Of a stretch of DNA of 64,000 nucleotides, positions 48,118-64,000 are shown piece after piece. Origin of the DNA: the human T2T-CHM13v2.0 reference genome, Homo sapiens. Both the position numbers and the translations under genes were made by a program. The stretch's first letter is position 1; each line of letters starts with the position of its first letter. The stretch lies in NCBI RefSeq assembly GCF_009914755.1, contig NC_060943.1; one strand, 5' to 3'. The notes under the pieces are model-generated. The model saw nothing but the letters and a program-made list of their open reading frames with translations, had not been told where the DNA came from and did not search any database.

Positions 48118-48942
48118 CCAGAGGGGGCCAAAGTTTTATGAGACATCTCCTCATCTGTGCACAGATGGGTGGCGGACTCTGGAGTCCAGGCTGTTGCTTC
48201 CCATTCTAGTGGTGAATCTTCCATAGTCTGGTGAGTGTAAATATATATACATCTCTTTTTCCTTCTCCTATTCCCATTGCAATTTGCTTTTATCAATCTG
48301 CTTATTACATTCATTTGCTTATTATATCTGAATTGCCATTTATGTGGGATAAAGTTTGTTTACCCTTAAAGGTATTGTGTGTGTGTCTTTTCTTCTCCCC
48401 TTCTGTGTTTCCCACACAGAACATTTTTGTCATTACAAACAGAAATCAAAAACAAAAGTGTGCTGCTTCTTGGCCAGAAGGACAGGGCTGATGGCTACGG
48501 GACTTCCCATAACCTGGGATGAGAACTCCCGCAGTTCTCCCCCTTTGTGATCGAATGGTCCAGGGGAACTGACCTTTGTGAGAACTGGGAATCTTAATTA
48601 GTGCAATTTAAACCTTTGCCTGTGCATGAAGTGCTGCAGGAGATTCCAGTCAGCAAAGGAGCTGCTGAGTTGATCTCCCGGAGTGGATGGTGTTTGCTTA
48701 CTGCTTATAAGTTAATGTATCAAGACAGGGGATGGTTGCTACAAGAGAAATGTAAGCTGGAAAAGAAAAATGCTAGTCTGACTTCCAGACTGGCCCTGGC
48801 CCAATGCCAGGCCTATGTCTTGACTGATCAGGCTCAAAGATATCCACCTATTGATGAAAAAAGCAGCTGTCCAAATGGCCCCATCATGGTAAAACTGAAG
48901 AACTAGTTAGCTAGGCTTGGAGCAGGTAAAAACCCAGCTACT

Positions 48943-50745
<1,803 letters not shown>

Positions 50746-50746
50746 C

Positions 50747-51045
50747 TTTTTTTTTTTTTTTTTTCTTTAACGCAGAGTCTAGCTCTGTCACCAGGCTGGA
50801 GGGCAGTGGCACAATCTAGGCTCACTGCCACCTCCGCCTCCCAGTTCAAGCCATTCTCCTGCCTCAGCCTCCCAAGTAGCTGGGATTACAGGCACACGTT
50901 GCCACCCCCAGCTAATTTTTGTAGTTTTAGTAGAGACAGGTTCTCACCATGTTGGCCAGGATGATCTCGACCTCCTGACATCGTGATCTGCCCACCTCAG
51001 CCTCCCAAAGTGCTGGGATTACAGGCATGAGCCATCGTTCCTGGC
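50747..51045 (-). mobile_element. Alu inside ERV
   Basis: Absent from the inverted copy (~55765). Confidence 0.92.
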
Positions 51046-51189
51046 CCTTTTTCCATGTTGATGCTCATGGGTCTCTGCTTTCTTTTGACAGACCATTTAA
51101 TTAGCAGGAAGATCAACAGGCCAAAATTTCCACCATAACTGTAAACTTGAATGTGCATGAATGGAATACAATGTGTTCAAGCCTTGCAA

Positions 51190-51410
51190 TGAGAGGCATT
51201 ATAATGTATGGTGCTATAATTGGTAGTGATTACCGGGGAGAGTTAAAGGACATTTTATACAATACCACTCCAGATTTTTTTGCTATAAGACCGCAGATGC
51301 CTGTTGCTCAATTATTAGTGGTACCTTGTCAACAATTATCCCGTGAGGAAATCTCTGCCCCAACAGAGGCTACATACAGAATTGGGGGATTCAGATCCAC
51401 TCCTACAGGT
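51190..51410 (+). pseudogene. dUTPase remnant (C-terminal motifs)
   Basis: GAIIGSDYRGELK (motif 3 GxIDxDYRGE), VAQLLVVP (motif 4), YRIGGFRST (motif 5 RGxGGFGST) in ORF 51147..51572. Confidence 0.75.
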
Positions 51411-51579
51411 AGCTTAAATCCTGGAGCCAATATATGGATACAGGGTTCAACAGATCCTGCCCCTAAGGCTGGTGACCTTGTAGCTATGAAAGCAGAAAAT
51501 GAAGGCATAGTACAATTTCCTAAAGATGAAAAACAATATGTTCCCCTCTGTTTTTGTTATTACAAGGAATAACCTATCT

Positions 51580-52602
51580 ACTAATGGTCAGCACCTGTGT
51601 CTTTGTGTCTAAAGCCAAGAATAAATTCATTTACTAGGTAGCCACTGCTGCAACAAAAGCCAATCACAGAGAATGTTGGCTGTACATCGAGTTGCCAGAG
51701 GCTGCCAGGAATGGGCTACCTTGAAGAATCGTCCCTGACAATATTTCTGAATGGCTATGTCGTTATCAATGGGGCCACAACAACAACACTTGTAATCCAA
51801 CCTGGGCTTCCTTTCACCACACTAAGCAATCTGTCTTTGCCCAGGTCAGACAAAAGGTGAACTCCACCCTCACCTTCCATCAAAAGCCTTGGTATTTTGC
51901 CCAATATTCCTGGAACGGTATATATTGGAAACCTGCTGTGCTGGTGGCTGGATTCCACACAGCCCCTGCTTCATCTGGAGGCCTTAAATGGCTCCTCTAA
52001 TGTTACTCTGGGGTTTCTCCAGACAATTGTCAACACATACTCCAAATCAACAACATTGCCCCCAATGAACCACAATCTCTTTCCTATTTTAATAACACAT
52101 TAGTACAGTATGTTTACAGTAGGTCCATGGCTGTCCCCTGGGGGGCCCTCTGGGTATGCAGATCCTGTGGGTGTTGGTACCTGCCCCCACACTGGGCAGG
52201 GAGATCACTTGTGGGTGGCCATTAATTCCATTCACCATCCGGGATAATATCCCCCTCCCAAGTAATCTGGATGCTTACAAACACCACTGGTTATGAATGT
52301 GCCGGCCTCCTTGGTGGCGATACCTTATCACAGTATTCTCCCCTGCCGCTAGAACAATCCTGCTTCACCAACAAATTAAAATATTAAGCTTATATGTAGA
52401 AAAAGCTCTTAATGATAGTAGCACTGGACTTATGCTGTTATCAGATGAATTTGCTCAGCTGCGTACTGTTGTGTTGCAAAATCAAATGGCATTAGATATG
52501 CTTACCGCAGCCCAAGGAGGGGTTTGCGCCTTACTGCATACTGGATGTTGTGTGTATATCCCTGGCAATTCTCACAATATTAGTCTCCTTGCAAAGCCAT
52601 GA
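51580..52602 (+). pseudogene. env: env remnant (SU CWLx motif; TM with immunosuppressive domain)
   Basis: ANHRECWLYIELP; LQNQMALDMLTAAQGGVCALLHTGCCVYIP (ISD + CX6CC). Confidence 0.8.
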
Positions 52603-52735
52603 GTATGTTTTTTTTTTTAAATTGTGCTTTTAATTCTCCTATGCTTACCCTGTATCCATAATCTATGTCAACTATGAGTTCCCCATGTATCTATAACGGT
52701 ATTTTAATACAATTGAGTACCGAATTGAGGCCGAA

Positions 52736-53330
52736 TGTTGACGAAAAGTTAAGTATTAAATTTGAACTCAATTGAACGTGGACACAAATAAAGGTCACCA
52801 AGTCTTGGCACAGGTTGTGTGAGCCCCTTTGAGGCGTTCATTCAGCACTGTTTCAGAGAAGTCTCTATTTCAATCTATTCCTATATGTTAGTTATTGTAA
52901 AACAATAGCCAATCACAATAACAAGTTGACCTTTTTGTGTTTCTTGAGCCCAGTCACAAAGGGCCCTCGTGACTGGGCTTCATGCCAAACAACTTGTTAC
53001 AAGAAGAGCTAGGGTCCCAGACCACACTAAAGCTTCAAGAAACCTCTCCTAGTCTGTGCAAGGACTGTTGGCTGACTCTGGAGCCCAGACTGTTGCTTCC
53101 TGGTCTGGTGATAAATCCTCCATAGTCTGGTGAGTGTAAATATATATATATATACACACATATATATATATATATATTCCCTTCTCCCCTTCCCATTGCA
53201 ATTTTCTTATTATATAAATTTACTTACTATATCTGCATTGCCATTTACGTGGGATAAATCTTGTTTATCTTTAAAGGTATTTTGTGTGTATGTCTTTTCT
53301 TCTCCACTCACTCATTTCCTGCAAAGAACA
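52736..53330 (+). mobile_element. 3' LTR of the class III ERV (LTR66-like)
   Basis: Direct repeat of the rejoined 5' LTR; uninterrupted at GGGTCCCAG. Confidence 0.85.
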
Positions 53331-54552
53331 CCATATTTCTCAGAGCCTTTGTTGGTTCCTTTTTATTATTTTTTCTTTAATCGTGTCTGCATGCCTTATT
53401 TTAGCAAAGTGGTCTTCAAACTCTGATATCCTTCTTCTGCTTGGTCAGTTTGGCTATTGATACTTTTGTATGCTTCATGAAGTTCTCGTGCTGTGTTTTT
53501 CAGCTCCATCAGGTCATTTATATTCCTCTCCAAACTGGTTATTTTAGTTAGCAGTTCCTCTAACCTTTTATCAAGGTTCTTAGCTTCATTGAATTGGGTT
53601 AGAACATGTTTCTTTAGCTCAGCAGAGTTTGTTGTTAACCGTCATCTGAAACCTACTTCTGTCAATTCATGCATCTCATTCTCTGTTCAGTTCTGTACCC
53701 TTGCTCAAGAGACATTTTGATCATTTGGAAAAGAGGCACTCTGGCCTTTCAGCCATTTTTTGTTGATTCTTTCTCATCTTGAGTTTGTCTAGTTTCAATC
53801 ATTTGAGGGTGCTGACCCTTGGATGGTTTTTTTTTTTTTTTGGACACAGTCTCTGTCACCCATGCTGGACTGCAGTGGCACCATATCAGTTCACTGCAAA
53901 TTCTGCCTCCAAGGTTCAAGTGATTCTCATGTCTCAGACTACTGAGTAGCTGGGAATACAGGCATGCACAAGGATGCCTGGCTAATTTTTGTATTTTTTA
54001 GTAGAGAGGAGGTTTTACCATGTTGGCCAAAGTATTGGGATTACAGGTGTAAGCCACTATGTGCAGCCTTGGATGAGGTTTTTGTGGGTACTTTTTTTTC
54101 TTGTTGATGCTGTTGTTGTTGCTTTCTGTTTGTTTTTCTTTCAATGGTCAGGTCCATCTTCTGTAGGGTTGCTGCAGTTTGCTAGGGTTCACTTCAAGCC
54201 CTATCCATCTGGTTCACTCCCGTGCCTAGAGATGTTACTCAAGGAGGTTGGAGAACAGCAAAGAAGAATGTCTGTTCCTTCCTCTGTCATCTCTGACCTC
54301 AAGAGACACAAATCTGATACCAGTAGAATTGCTCCTGTATAGGGTGTCTGACAATTCCTATTGAAGGTGGAATGGGGAGCAGATGGGGAGCAGAACCCAT
54401 TTAATGAAGCACTTTGACTGTCCTTTGGTGGAGGGAGGTGTTTTGCTGTGGGAAAATCCACTCATCTGGGCTGCTTAAATCCCTCAAAACTAGCAGGAGG
54501 AAAGGCTAAGTCTGCTGGTCCACAGAGACTGCAGCCACCCCTCCCGCTAGGG
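53331..54552 (-). mobile_element. Old primate L1 5'UTR/ORF1 fragment (with internal Alu)
   Basis: GAAGTTCTCGTGCTGTGTTTTTCAGCTCCATCAGGTCATTT is antisense L1 ORF1 sequence. Confidence 0.75.
53826..54068 (-). mobile_element. Alu in L1
   Basis: Alu with internal deletion; TSD CCTTGGATG. Confidence 0.88.
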
Positions 54553-55581
54553 TTCTGCTCTGATCCTTGTTATTTCTTTTTTTCTGCTGGGTTTGGGTTT
54601 GGCTTGTTCTTGTTGCTCTAGTTCTTTGAGGTGTTATCTTAGATTGTCTACTTATGAGCTTTCAGACTTTTTAGTAGGCACTTGATGCTATGAACTTCCC
54701 TTTTAACACCACTATTGCTGTATCCCAGACGTTTTGTTAGATTGTGTCATTATTATTGTTCAGCTCAAAGATTTTTAAAATTTCCATCTTGATTTCATAC
54801 AACAATCATTCAAAAACAGGTTGATTGTAAATTTTATGTTTTATTTAATTTCCATGTATTTATTTAATTTCCATGTATTTGCATGGTTTGAGGGTTCATT
54901 TGGAGTTGATTTTCACTTTTATCCCACTGTAGTCTGAGAGAGTAGTTGATATAATTTTGATTGTTTTAAATTTATTGAGACTTGTTTTGTGGCCCATCAT
55001 ATGTCTGTCTTAGAGAATGTTTCATGTGCTGATGAATAAAATGTATATTCTACAGTTGTTGGTTAGAATATTCTGTAAATATTTGTCAAGACTGTTTGTT
55101 CTAGATTATAGTTTAAGTCCTTTTTTTGTTGTTGTTGTCATTGACTTTGTCTTGATGACTTGTCTAGTGCTGTCAGTAGAGTATTGAAGTTCCTCATCAT
55201 TATTGTGTTGCCATTTATCCCATTTCTTAGGTCTAGTAGTAATTTTTTAATAAATTGGGAGCTCCAGTGTTAGGGGCATATATATTTAGAATTGTGATAT
55301 TTTCTTGTTGGACTAGTCCTTTTATCATTATGTAATGTCCCACTTTGTCTTTTTCTTTTTTTAAGTGTTTTTGCTTTAAAGTCTTTTTGTCTGATGTAAG
55401 AATGGCTACTGTTGCTTGCATTTGGGGTACATTTGCATGGACTATCTTTTCCCAACCCTTTACCTTAACTTCATGTGTGTCTTTGTGTGTTGGGTGAGTC
55501 TCTGGAAGACAGCAGATTTTTGGTTATTAAATTCTTATCCATTCTGCTATTCTGTATCTTTTAAGTGGAGCATTAAGGCCA
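54553..55581 (-). mobile_element. L1 ORF2 endonuclease-region fragment
   Basis: VAILTSDK...GHYIMIKGLVQQENITILNIYAPNTGAP. Confidence 0.85.
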
Positions 55582-58062
55582 CTAATCACTATCAATTATA
55601 TCACCATACATTATAATGTCTGTCATTGCAAGGCTTGGAACACATAGTAATCCATTCATCCACATTCAAGTTTGCAGTTATAATAAAAATTTTGGCCTGT
55701 TGATCTTCCTGGTGATTAAATAGTCTGTCAAAAGAAAGCAGAGACACATAAACATCAACATGGAAAACAGTGATAATGGTAGTGTGCAAGAGGATTCAGA
55801 TATCTTCCCAGTATTGTTTACCCCAAACCTCTTTATTCCCAATTAACCATTTGTTTCATTACCATTGGAGCATCCAGGTAGTAAGACCATTTACTACTGA
55901 CCAAGTGTTGGCATACAAGTGACAAATGTTTCTGACTTCCTCCTGAATAGCTCAAAAGACAGCTAACTGGGAGCTAACTGGCTGCTCCCACCCCTTTCTT
56001 CATCAGAAATGCTTATGTTTTTAACAGGATTATAGGTCATGGCCTTCCACCATCAGGTCCCACCAATGTATTTGGTGGATGCATCAGTAAACCAAGCATG
56101 CCTGTGATCCTCTGGACTTAGTTCTTTAAAGGAGTTGCCCCATTGTACAAGGGAGGTTTCCTTGCCTATCTGCATGACTTTGTTGGTGGTTTACTGAGCT
56201 GTCAAGTTTTTTACACCCTCATGTAAAAGTGATAACCCCTTTGGTTTTGGCTTAGACTGATCTTGTATGTACCATTTCCATTTTATGATGCTACTTTCTT
56301 GGGCGTGCCCTATCTGATGAGATTGTGTGGAACTCATGACCCAAGTCATAGTAGGAATTTCAGGTCTCATAAAGACATCATGGTTGAAGCAGAGGTGTTC
56401 TGTTTCCAGCAAAGCCCAATAGCAAGCTAAGAATTTCTTCTTGAAAGGAGTATAAGGTTTTCCAGCCTCTGGCAGTTTCTGAGTCCAAAACCCAAAAGGT
56501 AGCCTCTTCCCATCTTGTTTCTGCCTAAGGCTCCAATTAGCATGTTGATTTAGGATAGTTACTTGCAGTTCTACTGGCATATCCCATAAGGGCTATGGAT
56601 CCAGGGCCAGTTGACTTGCTTGTTTAGCTTGTTCAGAAGCCATGCTCTCTTTCTCTCTCCAGTGAAAGTCATCGTGTTTTCTAGTGACTGCATGCAGAGG
56701 TTGTAAAATGTTACTCAAGTGGAGAATATCATGTCTCCAGAATCCAAACAAGCCAATACATTTCTGGGCCTCCTTTTCAGTGGTAGGGGTTGCAAATTCT
56801 AGTATTTCGTCTTAGCCTTTGGTAAAATGGATGATTTCCCTGCATTCCATAGGATGTAAAGGAATTTTACACTAGATGCCTGTCCTTGAATTTTACTAAG
56901 GTTAATTTCCCATCCTTGAGATAGGAGCTGGGTTTTTACCCACTCTAAACCCCGGCTGCCTAGTTCTTCAATTTTATCCTGATGGGGCCACTGGGACAGC
57001 TGCTTTTTTCATCAATAGGCAGATATTTCTGAGCCTTATCAGTCAAGACACAGGCCTGACATTGGGCCAGGGCCAGTCTGGAAGTCAGATTAGAATTTTC
57101 CTTTTCCATCTTACGTTTCTCTTGTAGCAACCATCCCCTATCTTGATACATTAACTTATAAGCAGTAAGCAAACACCATCCACTCTGGGAGATCCCATCA
57201 CCATCTCCTTTGCTGACTGGAATCCCCTGCAGCACTTCATGCACAGTCAAATTTTAAATTGCGCTAATTTAGATTCCCAATTCTCACAAAGGCCAGTTCC
57301 CCTGGACCATTCAATCGCCAAAGAGGAAAACTGGGGGAGTTCCCATCCCTGGATATGGGAATTCCTCGAGTTTCCATCCCTGTCCTTCTGGCCAAAAAGC
57401 GGCACAATTTTGTTTTCGAATTCTGTTTATGATGCCAAAAATGTTCTGTGTGGGAAACGTGAAAGGGGAGAAGAAAAGACACACACACAATACCGTTAAG
57501 GGTCAACAAGTTTTATCCCATGTAAATGGGAATGCAGATATAATAAGCAAATGATATAATAAGCAAATCAATGTAATAAGCAGATTTATATAATAAGCAA
57601 ATTGCAATGGGAAGAGGAGAAGGGAAAAGATATATGTATGTGTGTGTATATATATATATATATTGCCCACCAGACTATGGAGGATTCACCAGCAGACTGG
57701 GAAGCAACAGTCTGGGCTTCAGAGTAAGCCACTAGTCTGTGCACAGATGAGGACAGGTCTCATGAAGCTTCGGCACAGTCTGGGACCCTAGATCTTTTGT
57801 AACTAGTTGTTTGGCCTAAGGTTCAGTCATGAGGGCTGTTCGTGAATGGGCTCAAGTAACATAAAAAAGTCAACTTGTTTTTACAATTGTCTATTGTTTT
57901 TGAACAACTAATATATAGGAATAGATTTAAATAGAGATTTCTCCAAAAAAGCACTGGATTAAAGCCTCAAGGGGCTCACACAACCTGTTCTAGGACTTGT
58001 TGATCATTGATTGTGTCCACGTTCAAATGAGTTCAAATTTAATATTTAACTTTTCCTCCACA
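55582..58062 (-). mobile_element. Second, inverted, 3'-truncated copy of the class III ERV (LTR 57442-58062, PBS, gag-like piece, pol, start of dUTPase)
   Basis: ORFs 56960..57250 and 56191..56580 match 48601..48906 and 49740..50006; ends at GDIIDSD against L1. Confidence 0.85.
57420..57437 (-). other. Primer-binding site, tRNA-Ser(CGA)-like
   Basis: TGGCATCATAAACAGAAT(TCGAA) vs TGGCGTCACGAACAGGAT(TCGAA), 14/18, mostly CpG decay. Confidence 0.7.
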
Positions 58063-58130
58063 AATTCCTCTGTCTTGATAAATTGGCTGTGTCTAGGCCA
58101 TGGGCAAGGTGAACCCCTTGGACAGTTACA
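58063..58130. mobile_element. MER51-like LTR terminal fragment (paralog of 41261-41365)
   Basis: Reverse complement of 41261-41365 without the internal duplication. Confidence 0.55.
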
Positions 58131-58465
58131 CAACTCTGCCCTCTGGGTTCAAGCGATTCTCCTGCCTCAGCCTTCTGAGTAGCTGGGACTACAGGTATGC
58201 ACCACAACATCCAGCTAATTTTTTGTATTTTTAGTAGAAATGGGGTTTCTCCATGTTGGCCAGGCTGGTCTTGAACTCCTGACCACAAGTGATCTGCCCA
58301 CCTTGGCCTCCTAAAATGTTGTGATTACAGGTGTGCGCCAGTGTGCCCTAAATAATTTCTTTTTTTTTTTTTTTTTTTGTATTTTTAGTAGAGACAGGGT
58401 TTCACCATGTTGGCCAGGCTGGTCTCAAGCTCCTGACGTCAGGTGACCCACCCACCTCAGACTCT
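58131..58465 (-). mobile_element. Truncated Alu (58131-58348) + Alu left-arm fragment (58358-58465)
   Basis: Alu consensus. Confidence 0.88.
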
Positions 58466-59844
58466 CAAAAATGATTTCTTTCTATCTCCTATAACAGTTT
58501 GAAATTACTTAAAGTTTGTTTCAAGTAGAAAAAATAAAAAGAAAGTGAATAAAAATAAATTGTAGAGTTAAAAATATTAGAAGAAATTACAAAATATGTA
58601 TGTAAACCTGGAGTGGCCAAAAATCATGAATTTGATTTATTTATAAGGTTTTATTAAAATTAGCTTTAGTGTTGACAATACACTATTACCGAAGTAAAAG
58701 TTGTTGAATACATTCAAAAAGAGAGAGAGTAAAAAAGAGATAGGACCCCCATTCAATCGCTAGGAGATGAGACAGCAGCAGAGATGGAAAAGAAACTTTA
58801 TAAAATTCTTCTGAAATTCTGCCACCTTTCTTCATATTGCTCATGTTTCTCATGCTGAGAGTAGCTGTGCACTTTGGGTGTTTACAGAGAAATTTCTTTT
58901 AAGGGAATATATTCTGACTGACTTGATTAAACTTACATCTTGTCAGAGCTTTTTCTTAGGATCTTTTTAACTTTCTTCTCTCAAAATAATCTTGCTCAGA
59001 TGGAGATCTGTTTTTCTCTCCAATGCTTTTTCTGTTTCAGAAGCCCTATTAGTATCCCATGGTGTCTGAATAAAGTGGGCTGTCACAGTGAGAACTTTTG
59101 GAGCTATCACTATCTAGAGACATGCTGGAAATTCAGCAGTATTTTTTCCGTGTCACAATTAAAAGTAGAAACTAAGCCTGAAACACTGCTCCCATTTCCA
59201 TTATTGTGAAGGTTCAATTCTATCCAGGGGGCCTGCAGGCTCTCCTCCTGCAGCTTAGGCTTAGCTCTCTGATGTGACACTAGAGTGCTGCTGTGGCAAA
59301 TGAGATTCACATAAAATGTCAGCTGTGCTCTGGGCTGTGCCTCAGTGGCAGATGATAGAGGTCCAGAGAGAACACTAGCAACCAGGAGAAAGCAAGCAGG
59401 AATTCTGTAGCCCAGTGCCAGGGAGTACAGAGCCACTGCTCTAAAATGTAAATAGCCAAAAAGATAGAACACTATTAAACCATTTTTGAGGCAGAGTGAA
59501 ATCCTACCTTCAGCAGGCACCTGGCTTTAAGCTGCTAAACTACTTCCTGTTATGAAGATGTGAAAAGTTTATTTGTCGTTGAATATAAGTAATTAGCATA
59601 CACAGATGGCCTCTTCAATCTCCAGGTGAATTTAGGATGAACTATGTATGACATGGTGCTGTAAATTCTTCTAATTGTGGACTAATTATGGTGACCATCT
59701 TTCTGTCTTTGTGATCTGTTAAACAGATTGACTATGATGCTTGTTACATTCAAGCTTAGTTGTGTAATAAAACCATTTTCTTTCTGTTCTATTACTGGGA
59801 AGTTTCTTTGGGGCTGGAGAACGTTTTTTTTCTGTTTCTTTTTT

Positions 59845-59940
59845 CTTTTTTTCTTTTTTTTTTTTTTTTGAGACAGAAGTCTCACTCTGTTGCCCAGGCT
59901 GGAGTGCAGTGGTACAGGTGTGAGCCACCACACCCAGCCC
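59845..59940 (-). mobile_element. Alu collapsed by internal deletion
   Basis: ...GGAGTGCAGTGG|TACAGGTGTGAGCCACC: both ends present, middle missing. Confidence 0.8.
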
Positions 59941-60816
59941 GATTTTTCTGTTAACTATTGTTTCCAAACACTGTCTAGAATTACCAGACATGATATAAAC
60001 ACATAAAATGCCGACCAGAATTTACTCTAGAGGGGATTTTCCTTCTCAGGCTTCCAGTCAACTTATACTTATGCAGCAAAGTGCATGCTGTCCCCTAAAT
60101 ACACAGGCAGAATTGTGTCTCTGCCTATTTGGTATCTATAGTCCTCTACAGTCACTTCTAGAGAGGCTAGACCACATTTCTACAAACTTCACAGGGCAGC
60201 AATCAGTCACTTTACCTCTTTCATGGACTCTTGTATGTTCAGACCTGAAACTGATTCAGATACTATGAAGCCCAGAAACTTATTCAGAGTAACATGTGTG
60301 CATTGAGTAGACATATACACATGAGAATCTCCACTTTCCCCTTCCTCCTCATGCTAAAATGCCCACAAATGTGCAGGTAAAACCTGCTGCGACTCCAGCA
60401 ATTCAGACCTTAAATCTACAGCTCCAAATTTTTAATCAAGGTCTTGAGATTTTTATCTTAAGTTCCATTTTATCTGAAAAATGCAAGTCTTTTGGTTATC
60501 AAACTCAGACATTAAAATGAAAGTGCAGTTATGTATTTCTCCCCCCTTTGAACTATGCATTCATCTCTTGAAAGTGTTCACTATTGGCACAAGTAGCTAT
60601 AAATTAAACAATAATCAATGTTATTTCTGTAAATAAAAATTTCTGAAAAACAACTTTGTATCATCCCAGTCCCTGTCTCTCTCTTGTCTGTAGAAATCCT
60701 CTTTTAACTGCTACTAATCAAAGTGTAGATTCCAGGCAACTTGAATCTTTGCTCCCAGATTACAATCCTTAAGTTGACCCAAATAAACTGTCTACTTATA
60801 TTTATGTTGTGTCAGC

Positions 60817-61160
<344 letters not shown>

Positions 61161-62211
61161 TAGAGGGGCCTCTATGAGGGCATCTCTCCTTTGATTGTAC
61201 TCCTCTTGCTGTGACACTAAAGGATGCAGAGACAAGTTTATTTTACCTAGAATCTGCAGATAAGGTCTGGCTACTGCCTGGGATTTACAGAAAAGGGCCA
61301 AACTTTGGATAGAAAATGTACAGAAAACTAACAAAAGGCATTTTCTGCATTGTGAGATGTCAACATAGATATCTTACAGCCTCCATTTGGGAGTGTGGAA
61401 TTATGAGATTTTTCACATCTTGTTCATTGACCTGCGACAGTTATGTCAGAGTATCCAGGAGGAAATAGCATCTGATGGCAGAATCTGTAAGTGTAAATAA
61501 GCATCTTAGGAGTAAGAGATCAAGGCCACAAAGTATCCAGAGCTATAACCACAACTATGTTTACCTGTAAAATGTGATTTTTGTATTTTACCTGTAAAAT
61601 GAGTATTTTTTTCTTTCTTTTATGCAAGAGCTAGCAAATCAGGACAGGTAATCCAGGTTCTGGAGCTCCAGCAAGGCAGTTTCATTTTCTATTTAGAATC
61701 AGCCTGAGCCTCTCCCGACTGGATTATCATTGGGCTATCAGCTCAGGGTCACTGGGAATTCCTTCAAAATCACCTAGATGTCTTTGAGGTATTTGAGGAT
61801 GTCCAGAGCAGAATTGTGTCAGGCTGAGAAGAGTGGCTAATTCTGTTTCTGTCTTAGTATAAGAGAAATGAATCATCCTGTGTTTGTTCCTCCCCTCATA
61901 CAAGAGGTGTCTTTGGTTGGTACCCAGATGAGAATTTCTCCAGTGTCCTGGTATTTGGATGATAAACAAGGAGTAAATCTGGAGGCCCAAATAGATAAAC
62001 TAGTTTCTTCCATTTTATATGGCCGTTAAAAAAAATACATGAAGCAGTCATGGTTCCTACAATCCAGAAACTTTTAGTCTAGACTAGCAACTGGATAAAA
62101 AATTGAATTGTGCATCATATGGTTGGTCCAACAAATAGATGTGTCCAAAATCTTGGGCTTTATTTAGGCCACTTTCTTTATATTGTTGTGACTTCTGATG
62201 TCTACATCTGA

Positions 62212-62529
<318 letters not shown>

Positions 62530-62597
62530 TTATAATTTCTATTTCTTTTACTTTGCTTAGTGTACATATTTATTTTCTAATAAAATTTCCCTAGAAA

Positions 62598-62925
<328 letters not shown>

Positions 62926-63619
62926 CTAGAAAACCTTAAGGGATTTGTTTAAATTGCATATTAGTACATAGTATAAAGTTGACAAAGCAGTGTCTAGAAA
63001 AGATTAAAATTACAGAATCTCTGGGATTTAAGTTTCTTTTAGGTAAGCTTAGAAAAAACAAAACTGGTAGTACTTCAGTGGCATGGAGAACAGAATTCAA
63101 CATAGGGTCCTCACTGCAGTGTCTCAGACCTGTTCAGATTTATCCTTTTTGGAGGCCTTATTTAGGTCTGACTGTACCTTGGAGTCTTGCCTCACAGAAC
63201 TGAGTAGAAGAGATCAGAGTTTTGGCTGGTGAATCCTGCTGTCTTTCTAGAGCTGGTGTTCACAATTTCCTGAAACCCAAAAGCAGATAAATGGGAAAAA
63301 TAAAGAATGTATTTTAGGGTCTTAGTTTTTAAAGGCTCTATTAAAACCAGTGCTTGGAGAGACATTCTATTTAGCAACTGGTTTTTTCCCCCTGCAGATC
63401 CAGTAATTGCTCCACAAGTCACAAAAAAGTAAATATAAAGAGAATAAAATTTTCTCTAAACTACGTTAAACTCTTCCTTTATTATATCTCTTTCACCTGT
63501 CTGTATTTAGCTTTTATTCTGTACAATTTTATTAAAAATTTGAGACAGAGAAATAGAAGAAGAAATAAAAATGCTGGGCCCTTTATCTAAATCCTGGAAA
63601 TTATTAAACACTGAGTACC

Positions 63620-63950
<331 letters not shown>

Positions 63951-64000
63951 TTATGAGAATTAAATCACATAATATGTTATGCCCAGTACAGTCCTCTGTA

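Overview
Human (primate) genomic DNA from a ZNF91-subfamily KRAB zinc-finger cluster. An exact miR-1270 hairpin in intron 3 and the gene layout point to the ZNF826P locus on 19p12 (identified from recall, not a search). The core is a 4-exon minus-strand gene (TSS ~40.5 kb, zinc-finger exon ~12.8-14.5 kb). Its KRAB-A/B exons and splice sites are intact, but a 5-nt deletion frameshifts it just before a decayed ~17-finger array, leaving a 180-aa KRAB-only ORF. Two inverted (+ strand) partial paralogs flank it: copy A (1-~10 kb; KRAB exons with stops, no finger exon) and copy C (58.5-64 kb; promoter core and exon 1 deleted). Upstream lies a nested retroviral pile: Alu > MER51-like LTR end > class III ERV (tRNA-Ser PBS, RT/RNase H, dUTPase and env remnants; probably HERVL66/LTR66) > LTR2B-flanked Harlequin/HERV-E-type provirus. 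That provirus carries a strong GG>AG (APOBEC3G-type) hypermutation signature. An inverted, truncated second copy of the class III ERV preserves the pre-insertion sites. About 50 Alus plus old L1, MaLR and MER fragments fill the rest. No intact full-length protein-coding gene, tRNA, rRNA or CRISPR array is evident. Repeat family names are from recall and need Dfam/RepeatMasker confirmation.
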